Source of the DNA: a virus
IMG/VR virus record: IMGVR_UViG_3300042451_001197
Location: 32,001-96,000 of that record
Direction: 5' to 3' (one strand)
DNA: 64,000 bases
In this document: piece after piece, positions 45,036-55,654 of the stretch
How the letters are laid out: each line of letters starts with the position of its first letter
Numbering within the stretch: the first letter of the stretch is position 1
Program-made: the position numbers and the translations under genes
Notes under the pieces: model-generated
The model's database searches: none
Told to the model about the DNA's origin: nothing
The model's input: the letters and a program-made list of their open reading frames with translations, nothing else

Positions 45036-45707
45036 ATCAAAAACATTTCCATTACTACATAATTTACCAAACTTACCATCTGTTACCACACTACCATTAC
45101 TGAATATGGTATCGATATTCGGTATCTTTCTAACACCAGAGTTTATAATGTCCTCACAATTGTGTATGTGTCCGAATAAAGATAACTTTGGTTTAATCTC
45201 AAAGATACGTTTTCTTAAAGATGTGTCACCACAAAACTCCAATTCGTTTTCTCTATTATAAGATAAATCTAAGATTGTGCTTGGTGGTCCGTGAGTGATA
45301 ACAATATCGGTATCAGTTGGAATCTGTTTCCAAACTTCGTGGGTTTTCATTCTGTTTTTATTGAATGCCCATCCTATACCAAATGTTGGTGTTATCGGAG
45401 AACCCCATATCTTAATTCCTTCAATCTCAACGGACTCGTTCTCCAAGTAAATTATTCCACCATCATTGAAATTATCTTTTGTGATATATTTTCTTTCTAT
45501 TGATGTGTCGTGATTTCCCGAAACAAAAATCTTATACTTTATAGGTAAAGATTTATACCACTCAATAAAGTTTTCCATCTCAATCTTGTTTGGTAAAGGT
45601 TCTCTTGGGTTGGTTGCGTCTCCACTATGGATGACCATATCAATATTCTCGGGTATTGTTAATAACCCGTGAAAGGTGTGAGTGTCAGATATGTGCCAGA
45701 TTTTCAT
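45030..45707 (-). CDS. Calcineurin-like metallophosphoesterase (paralogue of 8106; start corrected)
   Basis: ISDTH, HSGD, SGNHD, ITHGPP, FGHIH; stop codon lies in the TAAC core of attC-like site 4. Confidence 0.92.
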   Translation of the reverse strand: MKIWHISDTHTFHGLLTIPENIDMVIHSGDATNPREPLPNKIEMENFIEWYKSLPIKYKIFVSGNHDTSIERKYITKDNFNDGGIIYLENESVEIEGIKIWGSPITPTFGIGWAFNKNRMKTHEVWKQIPTDTDIVITHGPPSTILDLSYNRENELEFCGDTSLRKRIFEIKPKLSLFGHIHNCEDIINSGVRKIPNIDTIFSNGSVVTDGKFGKLCSNGNVFDI

Positions 45708-45763
45708 AATACAAAGATACGAAATTATTCTCAAATAACCAAAAAAAATGTATATTTATTAAT

Positions 45764-46420
45764 ATGAGGAAATTAATAAGAAAATTATTAAGGGAGGAAA
45801 TGTTGTCAAAAATTAAAAATTATAAAGAAAATACGTCCATATTAAAAGAAGATGATACGATATCCGTAGTAACATTAATAAGTACTGACGAATCTAGTAA
45901 TGATAAATTGTGGTTATTCGTATCGTTTAAAAATTTCGGTAATTATAGCGAATATTCATATTCATTCATAGTTACCGACAAAAATAACTCCCCCCTCACA
46001 AATTATATTACTAAAAGAGAAGATGTTAGTTATTTCATACCGATAGAATTAAAACATAAAAAACAAATATTTCCGATAATTATGGATTCAACTAGAAAAT
46101 TAATGGACGAAGAATTACCTCAAAATATATACAGGAAAACCGTAGAACCAATAGAAGGTAATTCATTAAAAAGATATGAAGAAATAACCAATATTATGGT
46201 TAATGAATATGGTTATAAATTAATTGAATATTCGAAAGATAAATGGGGTTATACATATTGGAAATTAAGTAGGGAAAATGTGACAGATGATAATAAAAAT
46301 ATGAATGAATCTTACGAGATAACTCATTCATATACATTAGAAGAGACTTTAAGACAAACAAATGATTGTTTATTACCTAAATTATCATTCTTAAATCTCG
46401 AACCTATTTTCAAGAATTAA
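45764..46420 (+). CDS. xxE-leader protein
   Basis: MRKLIRKLLREE; TATATTTAT upstream. Confidence 0.65.
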   Translation: MRKLIRKLLREEMLSKIKNYKENTSILKEDDTISVVTLISTDESSNDKLWLFVSFKNFGNYSEYSYSFIVTDKNNSPLTNYITKREDVSYFIPIELKHKKQIFPIIMDSTRKLMDEELPQNIYRKTVEPIEGNSLKRYEEITNIMVNEYGYKLIEYSKDKWGYTYWKLSRENVTDDNKNMNESYEITHSYTLEETLRQTNDCLLPKLSFLNLEPIFKN

Positions 46421-46484
46421 CGTCTAAACCGATAACTTTTGATTGGATTTTACCAAAATTACCAAAAATTAAATAATTATTAAT

Positions 46485-47078
46485 ATGAGATTTATCGTTA
46501 CTGAAACACAATATAGGAAATTTGCAAAAAGTTCTGTAAACTTACAAAATGTAATATACAAATACCTAAATAACTACATATCAAGTGGTGAAAGAAAAAT
46601 AGGCAAAAAATCTCGTAATTACGGTAATCTTCGTGAGGATTGGTGTATTAATGGTAAAGAAGAAATCACATCCGTTTATTACTTTGAGAATGGTGAAATA
46701 TATGAAGGTATGTTATTTGTTAATGAAGAATTAGTTAAAACAATATCATCAGTTTTTAGTGTTAGAAAATCATTTGTCCTTACTTGTATTGAAGAGTGGT
46801 ATGATGATATTATGGTTCCGAAATTTGAACAACTTATTGGTGAATCGGGTTTATTCATTAGTGAAATTGGTACTCTTGATAAAATACATCAATGTATTCC
46901 AGAACCTGTAAAACCCGAAGGAATTACTGATGATGAAATGATTGATTTTATTGCTAACAATACATTATATAGGAAAAATGAAGTTATTAAAATGATTGAG
47001 TCGGGTGAAAGGGAACTTGAAGATTTCTATTTGGATATTGTCGATACGGTAAATAGAAAAAAACAACTAGGGTATTAA
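46485..47078 (+). CDS. VTE-leader protein, distant family member
   Basis: MRFIVTETQY...VIYKYL...SVFSV...IEEWY. Confidence 0.65.
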   Translation: MRFIVTETQYRKFAKSSVNLQNVIYKYLNNYISSGERKIGKKSRNYGNLREDWCINGKEEITSVYYFENGEIYEGMLFVNEELVKTISSVFSVRKSFVLTCIEEWYDDIMVPKFEQLIGESGLFISEIGTLDKIHQCIPEPVKPEGITDDEMIDFIANNTLYRKNEVIKMIESGERELEDFYLDIVDTVNRKKQLGY

Positions 47079-47081
47079 ACT

Positions 47082-47495
47082 CTACTTTAATATCTTAGTC
47101 AATTTTTTAATCAACTTAACACTTTCATCTATTTGTTCTTCTTCTACTAATCGAACATTCATACCTGAAAAAGTTAAATACATTGTGTTAACAAAACCAT
47201 ATATACTTTTGAAAGTATCAATAAATATTTCTCTTAATTCTTCAGCCAGTGAACCTCCAATAATATCACCAAAATCTTCTCCATTTTCAAAGTCAGGTGG
47301 ATCGCCATAATGATATTCTTTCCATTGTTTATAACCCCAGTCTTCATAAACAAATATTTCACCTTCCATAGTTATATAATGACCATTAAACCCTGCGGAA
47401 CTAACATCAATTCTAACAAACCAATCGTATTGTTGTTTAAGTACTTTGTTTAATATTAAATTAAACATTCTTAATTCGTGTCCGTCTAATTTCAT
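47082..47495 (-). CDS. Hypothetical protein
   Basis: ORF track. Confidence 0.6.
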   Translation of the reverse strand: MKLDGHELRMFNLILNKVLKQQYDWFVRIDVSSAGFNGHYITMEGEIFVYEDWGYKQWKEYHYGDPPDFENGEDFGDIIGGSLAEELREIFIDTFKSIYGFVNTMYLTFSGMNVRLVEEEQIDESVKLIKKLTKILK

Positions 47496-47496
47496 A

Positions 47497-47886
47497 TTAC
47501 CATTGTCTTTTTTCTTCAGGGAATGTATTTATACTATCTTCCGATTCTATTTTTATCACAGGTACAAATTTTTTAACCTCATTTCTAAGCTCAATAAGTA
47601 AAAAATCCGTATCGATAAAACTATAATTATTATATTTAATTACAACAACAATTATAAAACTTTCATTATGTTTTTTAACGTCAGTAACTTCAACATTTAA
47701 ACCTGAATCTATTAACTCACAAGTACTATAACTAACATATTCATCATCTTCAGTATTAAGATTTTCACACATATATTTTAAAGTATCGATAGCTTCATCA
47801 ACTACGTGTTGAATCATTTCTATTTTACGACCCCTATTAGTTATTTCTTCTTTTATTATTTTCTTTATAGTTTGTCTTAAATTCAT
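47497..47886 (-). CDS. xxE-leader protein (body similar to 59843 ORF)
   Basis: MNLRQTIKKIIKEE; KI...Q.V.D..ID. Confidence 0.65.
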   Translation of the reverse strand: MNLRQTIKKIIKEEITNRGRKIEMIQHVVDEAIDTLKYMCENLNTEDDEYVSYSTCELIDSGLNVEVTDVKKHNESFIIVVVIKYNNYSFIDTDFLLIELRNEVKKFVPVIKIESEDSINTFPEEKRQW

Positions 47887-47936
47887 TAATGATAAATATT
47901 TATTGATTATGAAATATTCTAAAACAAAAACAATTT

Positions 47937-48323
47937 ATGGATATTAATGTAGTTTCATTATTAATTCTCGATAGAAAAAATAAGTTTTTATTACTTAAAA
48001 AAACTGATGACGGTAAATGGGGTTTGCCAGGTGGTCACTTAACCACGGGTGAAACTCCAAAACAAGGTTTGGTTAGAGAAATAAAAGAAGAATTGGGTAT
48101 TAACATAAAATCCAAAAATTATCATTTTTTAAAAAAATATATGAAAGGTAAAAAAGAACTTAATGTTTTTTATTTGAAGGACGATATTGATTCTAACGAT
48201 ATTAAATTATCTGAAGAACATTCTGAATTTGATTTTTTCTCATATAAACAAATTATGGATTTAAGAGGCAAGTCAATTTCTTCAAATTTGGATTTCATTT
48301 TGGATTATTTAAATAATAATTAA
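47937..48323 (+). CDS. Nudix hydrolase
   Basis: WGLPGGHLTTGETPKQGLVREIKEELGI Nudix box; LSEEH. Confidence 0.92.
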   Translation: MDINVVSLLILDRKNKFLLLKKTDDGKWGLPGGHLTTGETPKQGLVREIKEELGINIKSKNYHFLKKYMKGKKELNVFYLKDDIDSNDIKLSEEHSEFDFFSYKQIMDLRGKSISSNLDFILDYLNNN

Positions 48324-48336
48324 TATATTTATAGGT

Positions 48337-48846
48337 ATGGAAGACAGATCAGAATTAGAAAATTACTCAGATAAAGTAATTCACATTTTACTTAAAAAAA
48401 CTATGGACGAATTTGGTTCAGAGTTTGATTTTAACCATAATAATCCTCCAATGGAAGATAGTGATTTTATTTCAGCATTAGATTCATCATTAAAATTATT
48501 AGGTAATCACAATGGAAATATTGAAGATATTAATTACATTTCATCGTTAATTTTATTAAATGATGGTTATGATTTTTCATCGGATAAACCAACCTCAAAA
48601 TTAAAAAGACCTCAAGGTTTTTTATATACTTTTGATGTTGATGAACACAGAACCGAATATGTTAGAAGAACTCATAAAGTGGATGTATTTTCGTATGATG
48701 AAAAATTGGTTTTTGATACTTTCCGTTACGCAGAAGGTGAAGGTGTGGTATCATATTATGATTATCCTGAAACTGATACCGACTATTACGATGGTGAAAC
48801 TACTGATGTAAATTATGATAGAGCCTCTTTAAGAAAAATTAAATAA
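48337..48846 (+). CDS. Hypothetical acidic protein
   Basis: ATATTTATA upstream. Confidence 0.6.
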   Translation: MEDRSELENYSDKVIHILLKKTMDEFGSEFDFNHNNPPMEDSDFISALDSSLKLLGNHNGNIEDINYISSLILLNDGYDFSSDKPTSKLKRPQGFLYTFDVDEHRTEYVRRTHKVDVFSYDEKLVFDTFRYAEGEGVVSYYDYPETDTDYYDGETTDVNYDRASLRKIK

Positions 48847-49169
48847 TGCTTGAGAAAGTTTTAGAAATTATCTACAATAGAATTAATCAACTTGAAAATG
48901 AAATTAATTCTTTTTTGGTACTTTCAAACGAAATTGATTTAAAAAATATTAATAGTCGTATTGAAGAATTAGAGGATTTAGTTAATTTTTTAATTGAGAT
49001 GAATGGTAACGAATCTTTAGATATTAGATTGTTAAAATTAAGAATTGTTCTTCTAATTAAATTAGAGGAATATGAAATCGCTAATAGAATTAAAAATTGG
49101 ATTATCGAATTAGGTGGTGATCCTGATATATCGGAATACATAAATTCCGATAAAACAAAAAAAATTTAA
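48846..49169 (+). CDS. Hypothetical protein with UVR-like motif
   Basis: EEYEIANRIKN. Confidence 0.5.
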   Translation: MLEKVLEIIYNRINQLENEINSFLVLSNEIDLKNINSRIEELEDLVNFLIEMNGNESLDIRLLKLRIVLLIKLEEYEIANRIKNWIIELGGDPDISEYINSDKTKKI

Positions 49170-49171
49170 AT

Positions 49172-49585
49172 ATGGAATTAAATGTAAAAAAAATTGATGG
49201 TAAAAATGTATCCCCAGTTTTACCTGAAAATGTTAAAAACTATCTTATCGATATTGATGGGACTATATGTGAGGATATCCCCAACGAGGAACCTCATAGG
49301 ATGGTCGATGCTGAGTTATTTCCTGACGCATTAATTATTTTAAATAAATGGTACGATGAGGGTCATATTATCACTTTCTTTACGTCAAGAACGGAATTAC
49401 ATCGAGAAGTTACTGAAACTTGGTTAAAAAAACACGGGTTTAAATATCACGGATTATTGATGGGTAAACCTAGAGGAGGTAATTACCATTGGATAGATAA
49501 TCATATTGTTAGAGCAACTAGATATGAAGGTAAATTTACTGATTTAGTTGAGAGAACATCAAAAATACAGGTATTTGAAAAATGA
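49172..49585 (+). CDS. HAD-like phosphatase (LNS2-like)
   Basis: LIDIDGTI, FFTSR, TETWL, MGKPRGG..HWIDN. Confidence 0.85.
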   Translation: MELNVKKIDGKNVSPVLPENVKNYLIDIDGTICEDIPNEEPHRMVDAELFPDALIILNKWYDEGHIITFFTSRTELHREVTETWLKKHGFKYHGLLMGKPRGGNYHWIDNHIVRATRYEGKFTDLVERTSKIQVFEK

Positions 49586-49800
49586 AAAAAGAATTAGAGT
49601 TTAACAAGGTTATTAAGGAGTTAGGTGAAAATTTAACTAAAATCGAATATAATAATGGTGATGTTTCTGATATTGGAAATGAGGTAGGTTATATTTTAGG
49701 TAATTTACTTAAAAATATGTCAGAAAAAGAAATAAATGAGTTCATTTTCGGTTTTAGACACGGAGTAAGTTTAACTAATGGAACTCATTCTTTTAGTTGA
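49582..49800 (+). CDS. Hypothetical protein
   Basis: ORF track. Confidence 0.5.
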   Translation: MKKELEFNKVIKELGENLTKIEYNNGDVSDIGNEVGYILGNLLKNMSEKEINEFIFGFRHGVSLTNGTHSFS

Positions 49801-51064
49801 GTAATTTCTTACTTTGTTTTTGTCTGTGAAAATTAATCACAAATCTGTGAACTTCTTCTTGAACTTTACCCAATATAGTAAATGTAGTATTACTTAATAT
49901 TGAATGAGTTTTACCATCAATAGTATGGACTATAGATGATTTATGATTACTATCTTTAGATACGGATATCAAGTCAACTTTGTTTAGAATACCTAATCGT
50001 TCAAATACTTTTATTGCAACATTCAATTGTCCTTTACCTCCATCAATCAAAACAAGATTAGGTAGTTGTTGTTTTTCTTTTATTAGTTTACCAAATCTTC
50101 TGTTAAGAATCTCATCAAAAGACGCATAGTCATCAATACCCTGAAAAGATTTTATATTATATTTTCTATAATCATTCTTGTTCGGTATTTCATTTATAAA
50201 CCTAACTGATGCGGCAACATTAGAATCTCCCTGATTATGTGAATTATCAAAACCTTCAATGATTAATGGTACGTTGTTAAGGTTAAGTAACTTTTTAAGT
50301 TCAAAAGCATTTTTATTTGATTTTCTGATTCTAATTGTTTCAACTTTACTTTCAAGTTCTTTAATCATTTCTACCTTTGAGTGTAGGTTTCCCGCAATTT
50401 CAAACTCCAATTTGTCTGAATGATACTTAACAAGTTTTTTTAATTTGTTCTCAACATATTTCAAATCCAATTCAAATATTTTTTTAACCAATTGGATTTT
50501 TGATTGATATATTATCTCGGTAATTTTGTTTACGCAAGGACCTGAACATCTCATCATTTGATACTCTAAACAAATTTTGAATTTACCTTTATCAATGTTT
50601 TCTTGGGTAAGGTCATACGAACAACTTCTCAGGTCTATAATGTCGTGTATTAGGTTATAAACCTCTCTACAAAGAAGTCCACTTGTGAAATCTAAACTAT
50701 CTCTATTATCTGTATTGTTTCTAACAATTTCAAGTTTTGGAAATCTTTCATCTGTTATACAGATTGACCACTTTCTTGTTTTATCATCTTTACCTTTTAT
50801 GTTAAACTTTGGTTTGTAAACTTTAATAAGTTCTTCTTCCATTAGAATCGCTTCCTGTTCTGAAGAAGTTATAACAAAATCAACATCTTTAATTTGTTCA
50901 ACAAGGTATTTTGTTTTTTGATTATCGTGATTTTTTTGGAAATAGGATGTAACTCTTTTTGGTAAGAATTTTGACATACCAACATAGATTATTTGGTCTT
51001 TGTCATCTTTGAATAAATAACACCCAGGAAATTGTGGTATATTTTTTAGTTTCTCTGTTATCAC
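49793..51064 (-). CDS. uvrC: UvrC-like excinuclease, shortened, no C-terminal HhH (GTG start)
   Basis: GIY-YIG PGCYLFKD...IIYVG, Cys cluster, UVR LEFEIA, RNase H-like IEGFDNSH, DDYAS, LIDGGKGQL, EEVHRF. Confidence 0.88.
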   Translation of the reverse strand: MITEKLKNIPQFPGCYLFKDDKDQIIYVGMSKFLPKRVTSYFQKNHDNQKTKYLVEQIKDVDFVITSSEQEAILMEEELIKVYKPKFNIKGKDDKTRKWSICITDERFPKLEIVRNNTDNRDSLDFTSGLLCREVYNLIHDIIDLRSCSYDLTQENIDKGKFKICLEYQMMRCSGPCVNKITEIIYQSKIQLVKKIFELDLKYVENKLKKLVKYHSDKLEFEIAGNLHSKVEMIKELESKVETIRIRKSNKNAFELKKLLNLNNVPLIIEGFDNSHNQGDSNVAASVRFINEIPNKNDYRKYNIKSFQGIDDYASFDEILNRRFGKLIKEKQQLPNLVLIDGGKGQLNVAIKVFERLGILNKVDLISVSKDSNHKSSIVHTIDGKTHSILSNTTFTILGKVQEEVHRFVINFHRQKQSKKLLN

Positions 51065-51086
51065 ATTACAAAGATACAAAAAAAAA

Positions 51087-51605
51087 TTAAATAACCTTAT
51101 TTAAAAGATTAAAAGCTTCAGAATCTTTAATTACGTCAAAATTTTCGGCGTAATGTCTTTGTTGTTGTGTTGGTTTGATACCATTAAAACTATCAATGTA
51201 TATCATTTTAGGCATTTTGACCATTTCATAGTCGGCTCTGTTAAGATAGATATCACCCGTTAAATCTAAAGCAAGAGCCATTAACCAAGTCTCTAACTGG
51301 AGTTTATCTCCTTTTGAGATTCTATCTAAATTTAATTTAATATCAACAATTAACGTTAGATTACCATCATCCACAATGGCATGTATTATTTTAAAAGGAA
51401 TATGGAAAGTACCTCTTCTACCGGTAGCAATTGTCCATTCACCTGTAATACCCTCATTAAAAATTTTCTTTAATTCGGGATGTTTGTTTAAATTACTATC
51501 AATAAACTTTTCAAGTTCTTCTATACCTCCAAACAACTTCGCGGTGTCAATTACTCCGTTTTCTTCGAAATTATCTAATAGTCTATTCGCTAATTTGATG
51601 CTCAT
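51087..51605 (-). CDS. Hypothetical protein
   Basis: ORF track. Confidence 0.6.
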   Translation of the reverse strand: MSIKLANRLLDNFEENGVIDTAKLFGGIEELEKFIDSNLNKHPELKKIFNEGITGEWTIATGRRGTFHIPFKIIHAIVDDGNLTLIVDIKLNLDRISKGDKLQLETWLMALALDLTGDIYLNRADYEMVKMPKMIYIDSFNGIKPTQQQRHYAENFDVIKDSEAFNLLNKVI

Positions 51606-51704
51606 AAGTGTAAATATTTTCTTCAGGTAATTTATCTTTTTCGGTTACAAAAAACCAAATGTGTTCAAATTCATCATTATTAATTGTGATGGTGTTGTCT
51701 TCTT

Positions 51705-52094
51705 TCATCTTAAAATTTTATTATAAAATAAACTAAATGTTATGTTCCAAATAGTACCATATAATCCAACATATATGATATAATAATATGGTTTCAAAAT
51801 TAACTCACTATTAAATGTAACAACAGAAATGGTTAAAAATATAATCATTAATGTTTTAAACAAATGCCAACAATCTGTTAATTGTACCGGATAGTTAATA
51901 TTTTTCCATATTTTTCTAAACCCTAATGAAGGATCACCATTAACATATTTGTTCTTCCAAGATATTTCGGCGTTCCACCACATTGGATTTAGTTTTTTAA
52001 ATATTGACGTACTAAAATGGTGTGCGGAAGTATCCATAATAGAATTACAAACGGACGCTAAAATAAAAAAACTAAGGCTTACGATTAAGTCCAT
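51705..52094 (-). CDS. Membrane protein
   Basis: Hydrophobic segments; SWKNKY, TDCWHLFK. Confidence 0.65.
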   Translation of the reverse strand: MDLIVSLSFFILASVCNSIMDTSAHHFSTSIFKKLNPMWWNAEISWKNKYVNGDPSLGFRKIWKNINYPVQLTDCWHLFKTLMIIFLTISVVTFNSELILKPYYYIIYVGLYGTIWNITFSLFYNKILR

Positions 52095-52305
52095 CTTTCC
52101 ATTCTTTATAAGGTTGATAATTTCCTAAAATAAATGTTAAAATTGTTAATATTGTTAAAACAAAAAACACAAATTCTGAACTTTCATCAACCACATATTC
52201 GTAATTTGAAAAAAGAAAAATTAAAAGTGGTAATGTGAATAAATTAACAAATAACACAAACAATAACCTAGTTTTATTTTTTAAAAGATACTTTATATAT
52301 TCCAT
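52072..52305 (-). CDS. Small membrane protein
   Basis: Two TM segments; likely start MEYIKY. Confidence 0.5.
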   Translation of the reverse strand: MEYIKYLLKNKTRLLFVLFVNLFTLPLLIFLFSNYEYVVDESSEFVFFVLTILTILTFILGNYQPYKEWKDGLNRKP

Positions 52306-52456
52306 AATTCTTGTGATAGATATAAATTTATTAATAATAGTTTCGCCCATTTAAAATCATCAACTCTGTTTAATTTTAAATCATATTGTTTTGCGATTAA
52401 TTTTAATTGGGGAATTACTTCGCTCATTCTTAATTCTCCTAAATTAGTTGTCATAT

Positions 52457-52957
52457 TTAATTGTAAATAAATTTTTCGTTAGTTTCTAATCCTTTAACTT
52501 CGTGGGTATAAAAATTTCCAGTTCCTTTTGGGGTTTTAACCATAAATTGTTCGTAAAACACTCCATCCATAGTTGTTGATTTAATTTTCTGTATTACTTC
52601 ACCTTCAATTAAATTACCTTTATCGTCCCATCTATTCGGTACCAAAACTTTACCAATTAATACGAAAACATTCTCATACAAATGTTCATTTTCTTTAACG
52701 TAAAGATACGCCGTTTCTAAATCCATTCCAACCCACTTTGGGTTACGATATTCTTTGTTTGTATCAATCCAATTATCCTCTCCTGAAAATGTTGTCCAAC
52801 CTTTTGATTTTAAATAATTCTCTTTTTTAATTTTCTCCTCCAACTTCATAATATTAAATTTAATTCTTTTTCCAAACCAATTCTTCCAATCCTTAGCACT
52901 TATTTTAGTGTTAGGATTTTGTTTTAAGTAATCTTTATAGTGTTTTTTTAACTTCAT
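52457..52957 (-). CDS. Hypothetical protein
   Basis: TACCTTTG promoter upstream. Confidence 0.6.
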   Translation of the reverse strand: MKLKKHYKDYLKQNPNTKISAKDWKNWFGKRIKFNIMKLEEKIKKENYLKSKGWTTFSGEDNWIDTNKEYRNPKWVGMDLETAYLYVKENEHLYENVFVLIGKVLVPNRWDDKGNLIEGEVIQKIKSTTMDGVFYEQFMVKTPKGTGNFYTHEVKGLETNEKFIYN

Positions 52958-53000
52958 TTCGAATTACAAAGGTAGGAAAAAAATTTAATTTTACCAAATT

Positions 53001-54020
53001 TTATAGATAGTCTCCGAAATATTCGTTTACCATTTTATCGACTTCCCTTGAGTCTGGATAGTCAGGAACTCTAAAAGTTAAAAGTCCGTCACCTTCTTTA
53101 AGGTAAGTTTTAAATAAACTTTCAAAATTTCCGTGATAACCTAAATTCTCACTATAACCAATATTGTTATATAAATAATCTATAATCACATTTTCAAGTG
53201 TTTTAGGTCTTACTTCAATTTTAAACCTATATTTATCTCCGTATTTATATTCATCTTGATTTTCCCAAACAAAATAACCTTTTAGTTCATTAATAACGTT
53301 TTTATATATTTCATCGGAATATGCCGTTTCATAAGCATTACGATGAAGACTATATAATTCAATTCCCATATCTTCCAAATTATTTTTAAATAACCAAATC
53401 ATCGTGTCTTCATCTTTTAATACATTATCAATATTTGAATTGTCTATTATAATATATTCTTCGTGTCCTTGTCTTTGAGCTTCCTCTTCCATCCAATCAG
53501 AACTTCTACCATCCAATTCTACTTGTGTTCCATTCAATTCTTTTAAAATCAATCCTTTTAAATAATTTAAATTTTCAGGATTTAATTCGTCAACAACATC
53601 TCTATATACATTATCGGTTGTGTCCCAAAAATCATAATCACCATAATCACCATCAATTCGTTTTTTAACTATTGCCTCATAGTCATAATCTCTACTTCTA
53701 CCAGAATCAAAAAATTCAGATAAATCGGACATACTTCTAAAATCACACATTATCTTACCATTCTCAATTGAGATATCGGATAAATATTTTTCAATAATCT
53801 TATTTAATATTTCCTGTTTTTTTGGTGTTTGTAATAAATTATATAAAATCTCGTTTTGAACATCCTCTAAGTCATATGAAAATGGGTCAATCATTTCCGT
53901 TAACCCGGCTTTATCAATAATATTAAGAAAATTTTCAATTGTTTCAAAATGAGGTTGTAAAGTTTCATCCCACTCACCATCATTAAACATTTGAACTACT
54001 TTTTTAAATTTTTCACTCAT
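53001..54020 (-). CDS. Large acidic hypothetical protein (start corrected)
   Basis: ATATTTATTTGTT-ATG. Confidence 0.7.
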   Translation of the reverse strand: MSEKFKKVVQMFNDGEWDETLQPHFETIENFLNIIDKAGLTEMIDPFSYDLEDVQNEILYNLLQTPKKQEILNKIIEKYLSDISIENGKIMCDFRSMSDLSEFFDSGRSRDYDYEAIVKKRIDGDYGDYDFWDTTDNVYRDVVDELNPENLNYLKGLILKELNGTQVELDGRSSDWMEEEAQRQGHEEYIIIDNSNIDNVLKDEDTMIWLFKNNLEDMGIELYSLHRNAYETAYSDEIYKNVINELKGYFVWENQDEYKYGDKYRFKIEVRPKTLENVIIDYLYNNIGYSENLGYHGNFESLFKTYLKEGDGLLTFRVPDYPDSREVDKMVNEYFGDYL

Positions 54021-54045
54021 AACAAATAAATATCTTACAAGGGTA

Positions 54046-54231
54046 TTATTTAGCAAAAATTTGTGTTATTAGGTTATTTGGAGGTAATGGACTATAATAA
54101 CTAATAAGAAAACTATGTTCGGTTTCTGAAACTATTATTCCATAAGTTCTAATTTCTCTCGGACCTATTAAGGTGTCATTATCTAAGTTAATTTTAACTA
54201 CCACGTAGTTATTACCAATATATTCTATCAT
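54046..54231 (-). CDS. Hypothetical protein
   Basis: ORF track. Confidence 0.45.
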   Translation of the reverse strand: MIEYIGNNYVVVKINLDNDTLIGPREIRTYGIIVSETEHSFLISYYSPLPPNNLITQIFAK

Positions 54232-54236
54232 AATTT

Positions 54237-54464
54237 TTAATTAACAATTCTCATTATTGTATTAGCGATTGGTAGTCTCAATACGGGGACTCTGACCGTA
54301 CTTTCACCATTAGAATGGGGAACATCTTGTAATACCAAGTAATAACCTTCGGGACTTGATTGTACTGTCGGTACGTTTTCATAAAAAACCAATTTTACCG
54401 TTGTTGTTAAATCCGGATAAATTGCCAGATTTTTTAGTTTTGTGTTAAATGTTACAACTATCAT
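54237..54464 (-). CDS. Hypothetical protein
   Basis: TATCTTTG promoter upstream. Confidence 0.55.
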   Translation of the reverse strand: MIVVTFNTKLKNLAIYPDLTTTVKLVFYENVPTVQSSPEGYYLVLQDVPHSNGESTVRVPVLRLPIANTIMRIVN

Positions 54465-54528
54465 ACTTACTTTATTTATAATACAAAGATACTAAATTTA
54501 TTTTGATTTACAAAATATTTATAATGAT

Positions 54529-55221
54529 ATGAGTTTTAGAAGTGGTGTACTGAATAACAAAATGCTTAAAATATATATTGACAAATATATAGATGGTGAG
54601 TTGGATTTTTATGGTATAAAACTAATCCCAACTATTACCGATAATCAAGGTATGGTGTGGAATGTTGAAAATCCTAAAAATTTATCTTTCACTAATTATG
54701 CTGCAACAATGTTCATATATGATTCTTTATTAGAATACCACGCTTTATTAGGTGACGCAAACCTTAATTACACCGAATCAATTAGAAAAATTTCAAGTTA
54801 TTGTTATTTTAATTTTGGAGATGAAATTACAGGTGAGTTTTTTGAAAAATTGTATAGAGAGGCTTCTAAAATAAAAAATATTGAGTTTCCCGCCATTAAT
54901 AAATCACCAGGGTTTTATTCTGATTGTAAGGTTAAAGTAATTGATTTATTTTCGGATGATAATGAATTAGAATTATCATTAGATGTTTTTTTAAAAAATG
55001 CTACCGATAATTTAACAGGTGAAATTATAGATGATGAAGAAAAAATCTCTGACATAATCAGTAAACTGATAGATGATGGTTATATTTTTGATTTAGAAAA
55101 TGATTTTTCTGAAAATATTTTAAGTTTAATTAGAAGTGACAAACGTGTATTTGATATGGATACATCATACACTAGAATTAGTCCGATATACTTTTTTAAA
55201 GGTAGTAGATTGACTTATTAA
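54529..55221 (+). CDS. Hypothetical protein
   Basis: ATATTTATA upstream. Confidence 0.65.
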   Translation: MSFRSGVLNNKMLKIYIDKYIDGELDFYGIKLIPTITDNQGMVWNVENPKNLSFTNYAATMFIYDSLLEYHALLGDANLNYTESIRKISSYCYFNFGDEITGEFFEKLYREASKIKNIEFPAINKSPGFYSDCKVKVIDLFSDDNELELSLDVFLKNATDNLTGEIIDDEEKISDIISKLIDDGYIFDLENDFSENILSLIRSDKRVFDMDTSYTRISPIYFFKGSRLTY

Positions 55222-55224
55222 AGT

Positions 55225-55596
55225 TTAAAAACTAGCCCTTATATTAACACAAACATCAGGTATATGTTTGAAAAGTTCATTTTCAATATACTCGTAAAGT
55301 TCATCCCAACCGGTTTCGGTTAAGTCATCTTTATAATAGAAATCTTCCCATTCATCATTAAAATTCATAGATAATTTATTTATTTTTAAATGAATAGTCC
55401 CTTCATATATACAAGGGATTAGGTCAATTCTTGATTCTAAACTAGTTTCTTTTAACGATACTTTAACAGGTGAGAAATTTATTTTAACATAAATACTATC
55501 ATCATCGTAAGTATTATAAACCCAACCCTCATACGGTTCTTTGGATATTAACTCAATGAATTTAAATACAACTTTTTCAACATTCTCAACATTCAT
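55225..55596 (-). CDS. Hypothetical protein
   Basis: ATATTTAT upstream. Confidence 0.6.
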   Translation of the reverse strand: MNVENVEKVVFKFIELISKEPYEGWVYNTYDDDSIYVKINFSPVKVSLKETSLESRIDLIPCIYEGTIHLKINKLSMNFNDEWEDFYYKDDLTETGWDELYEYIENELFKHIPDVCVNIRASF

Positions 55597-55654
55597 ACAA
55601 TGATAAATATAATTGATAATGTCTTTTTTTATAATTAAATTTGTAAAAAAAATT

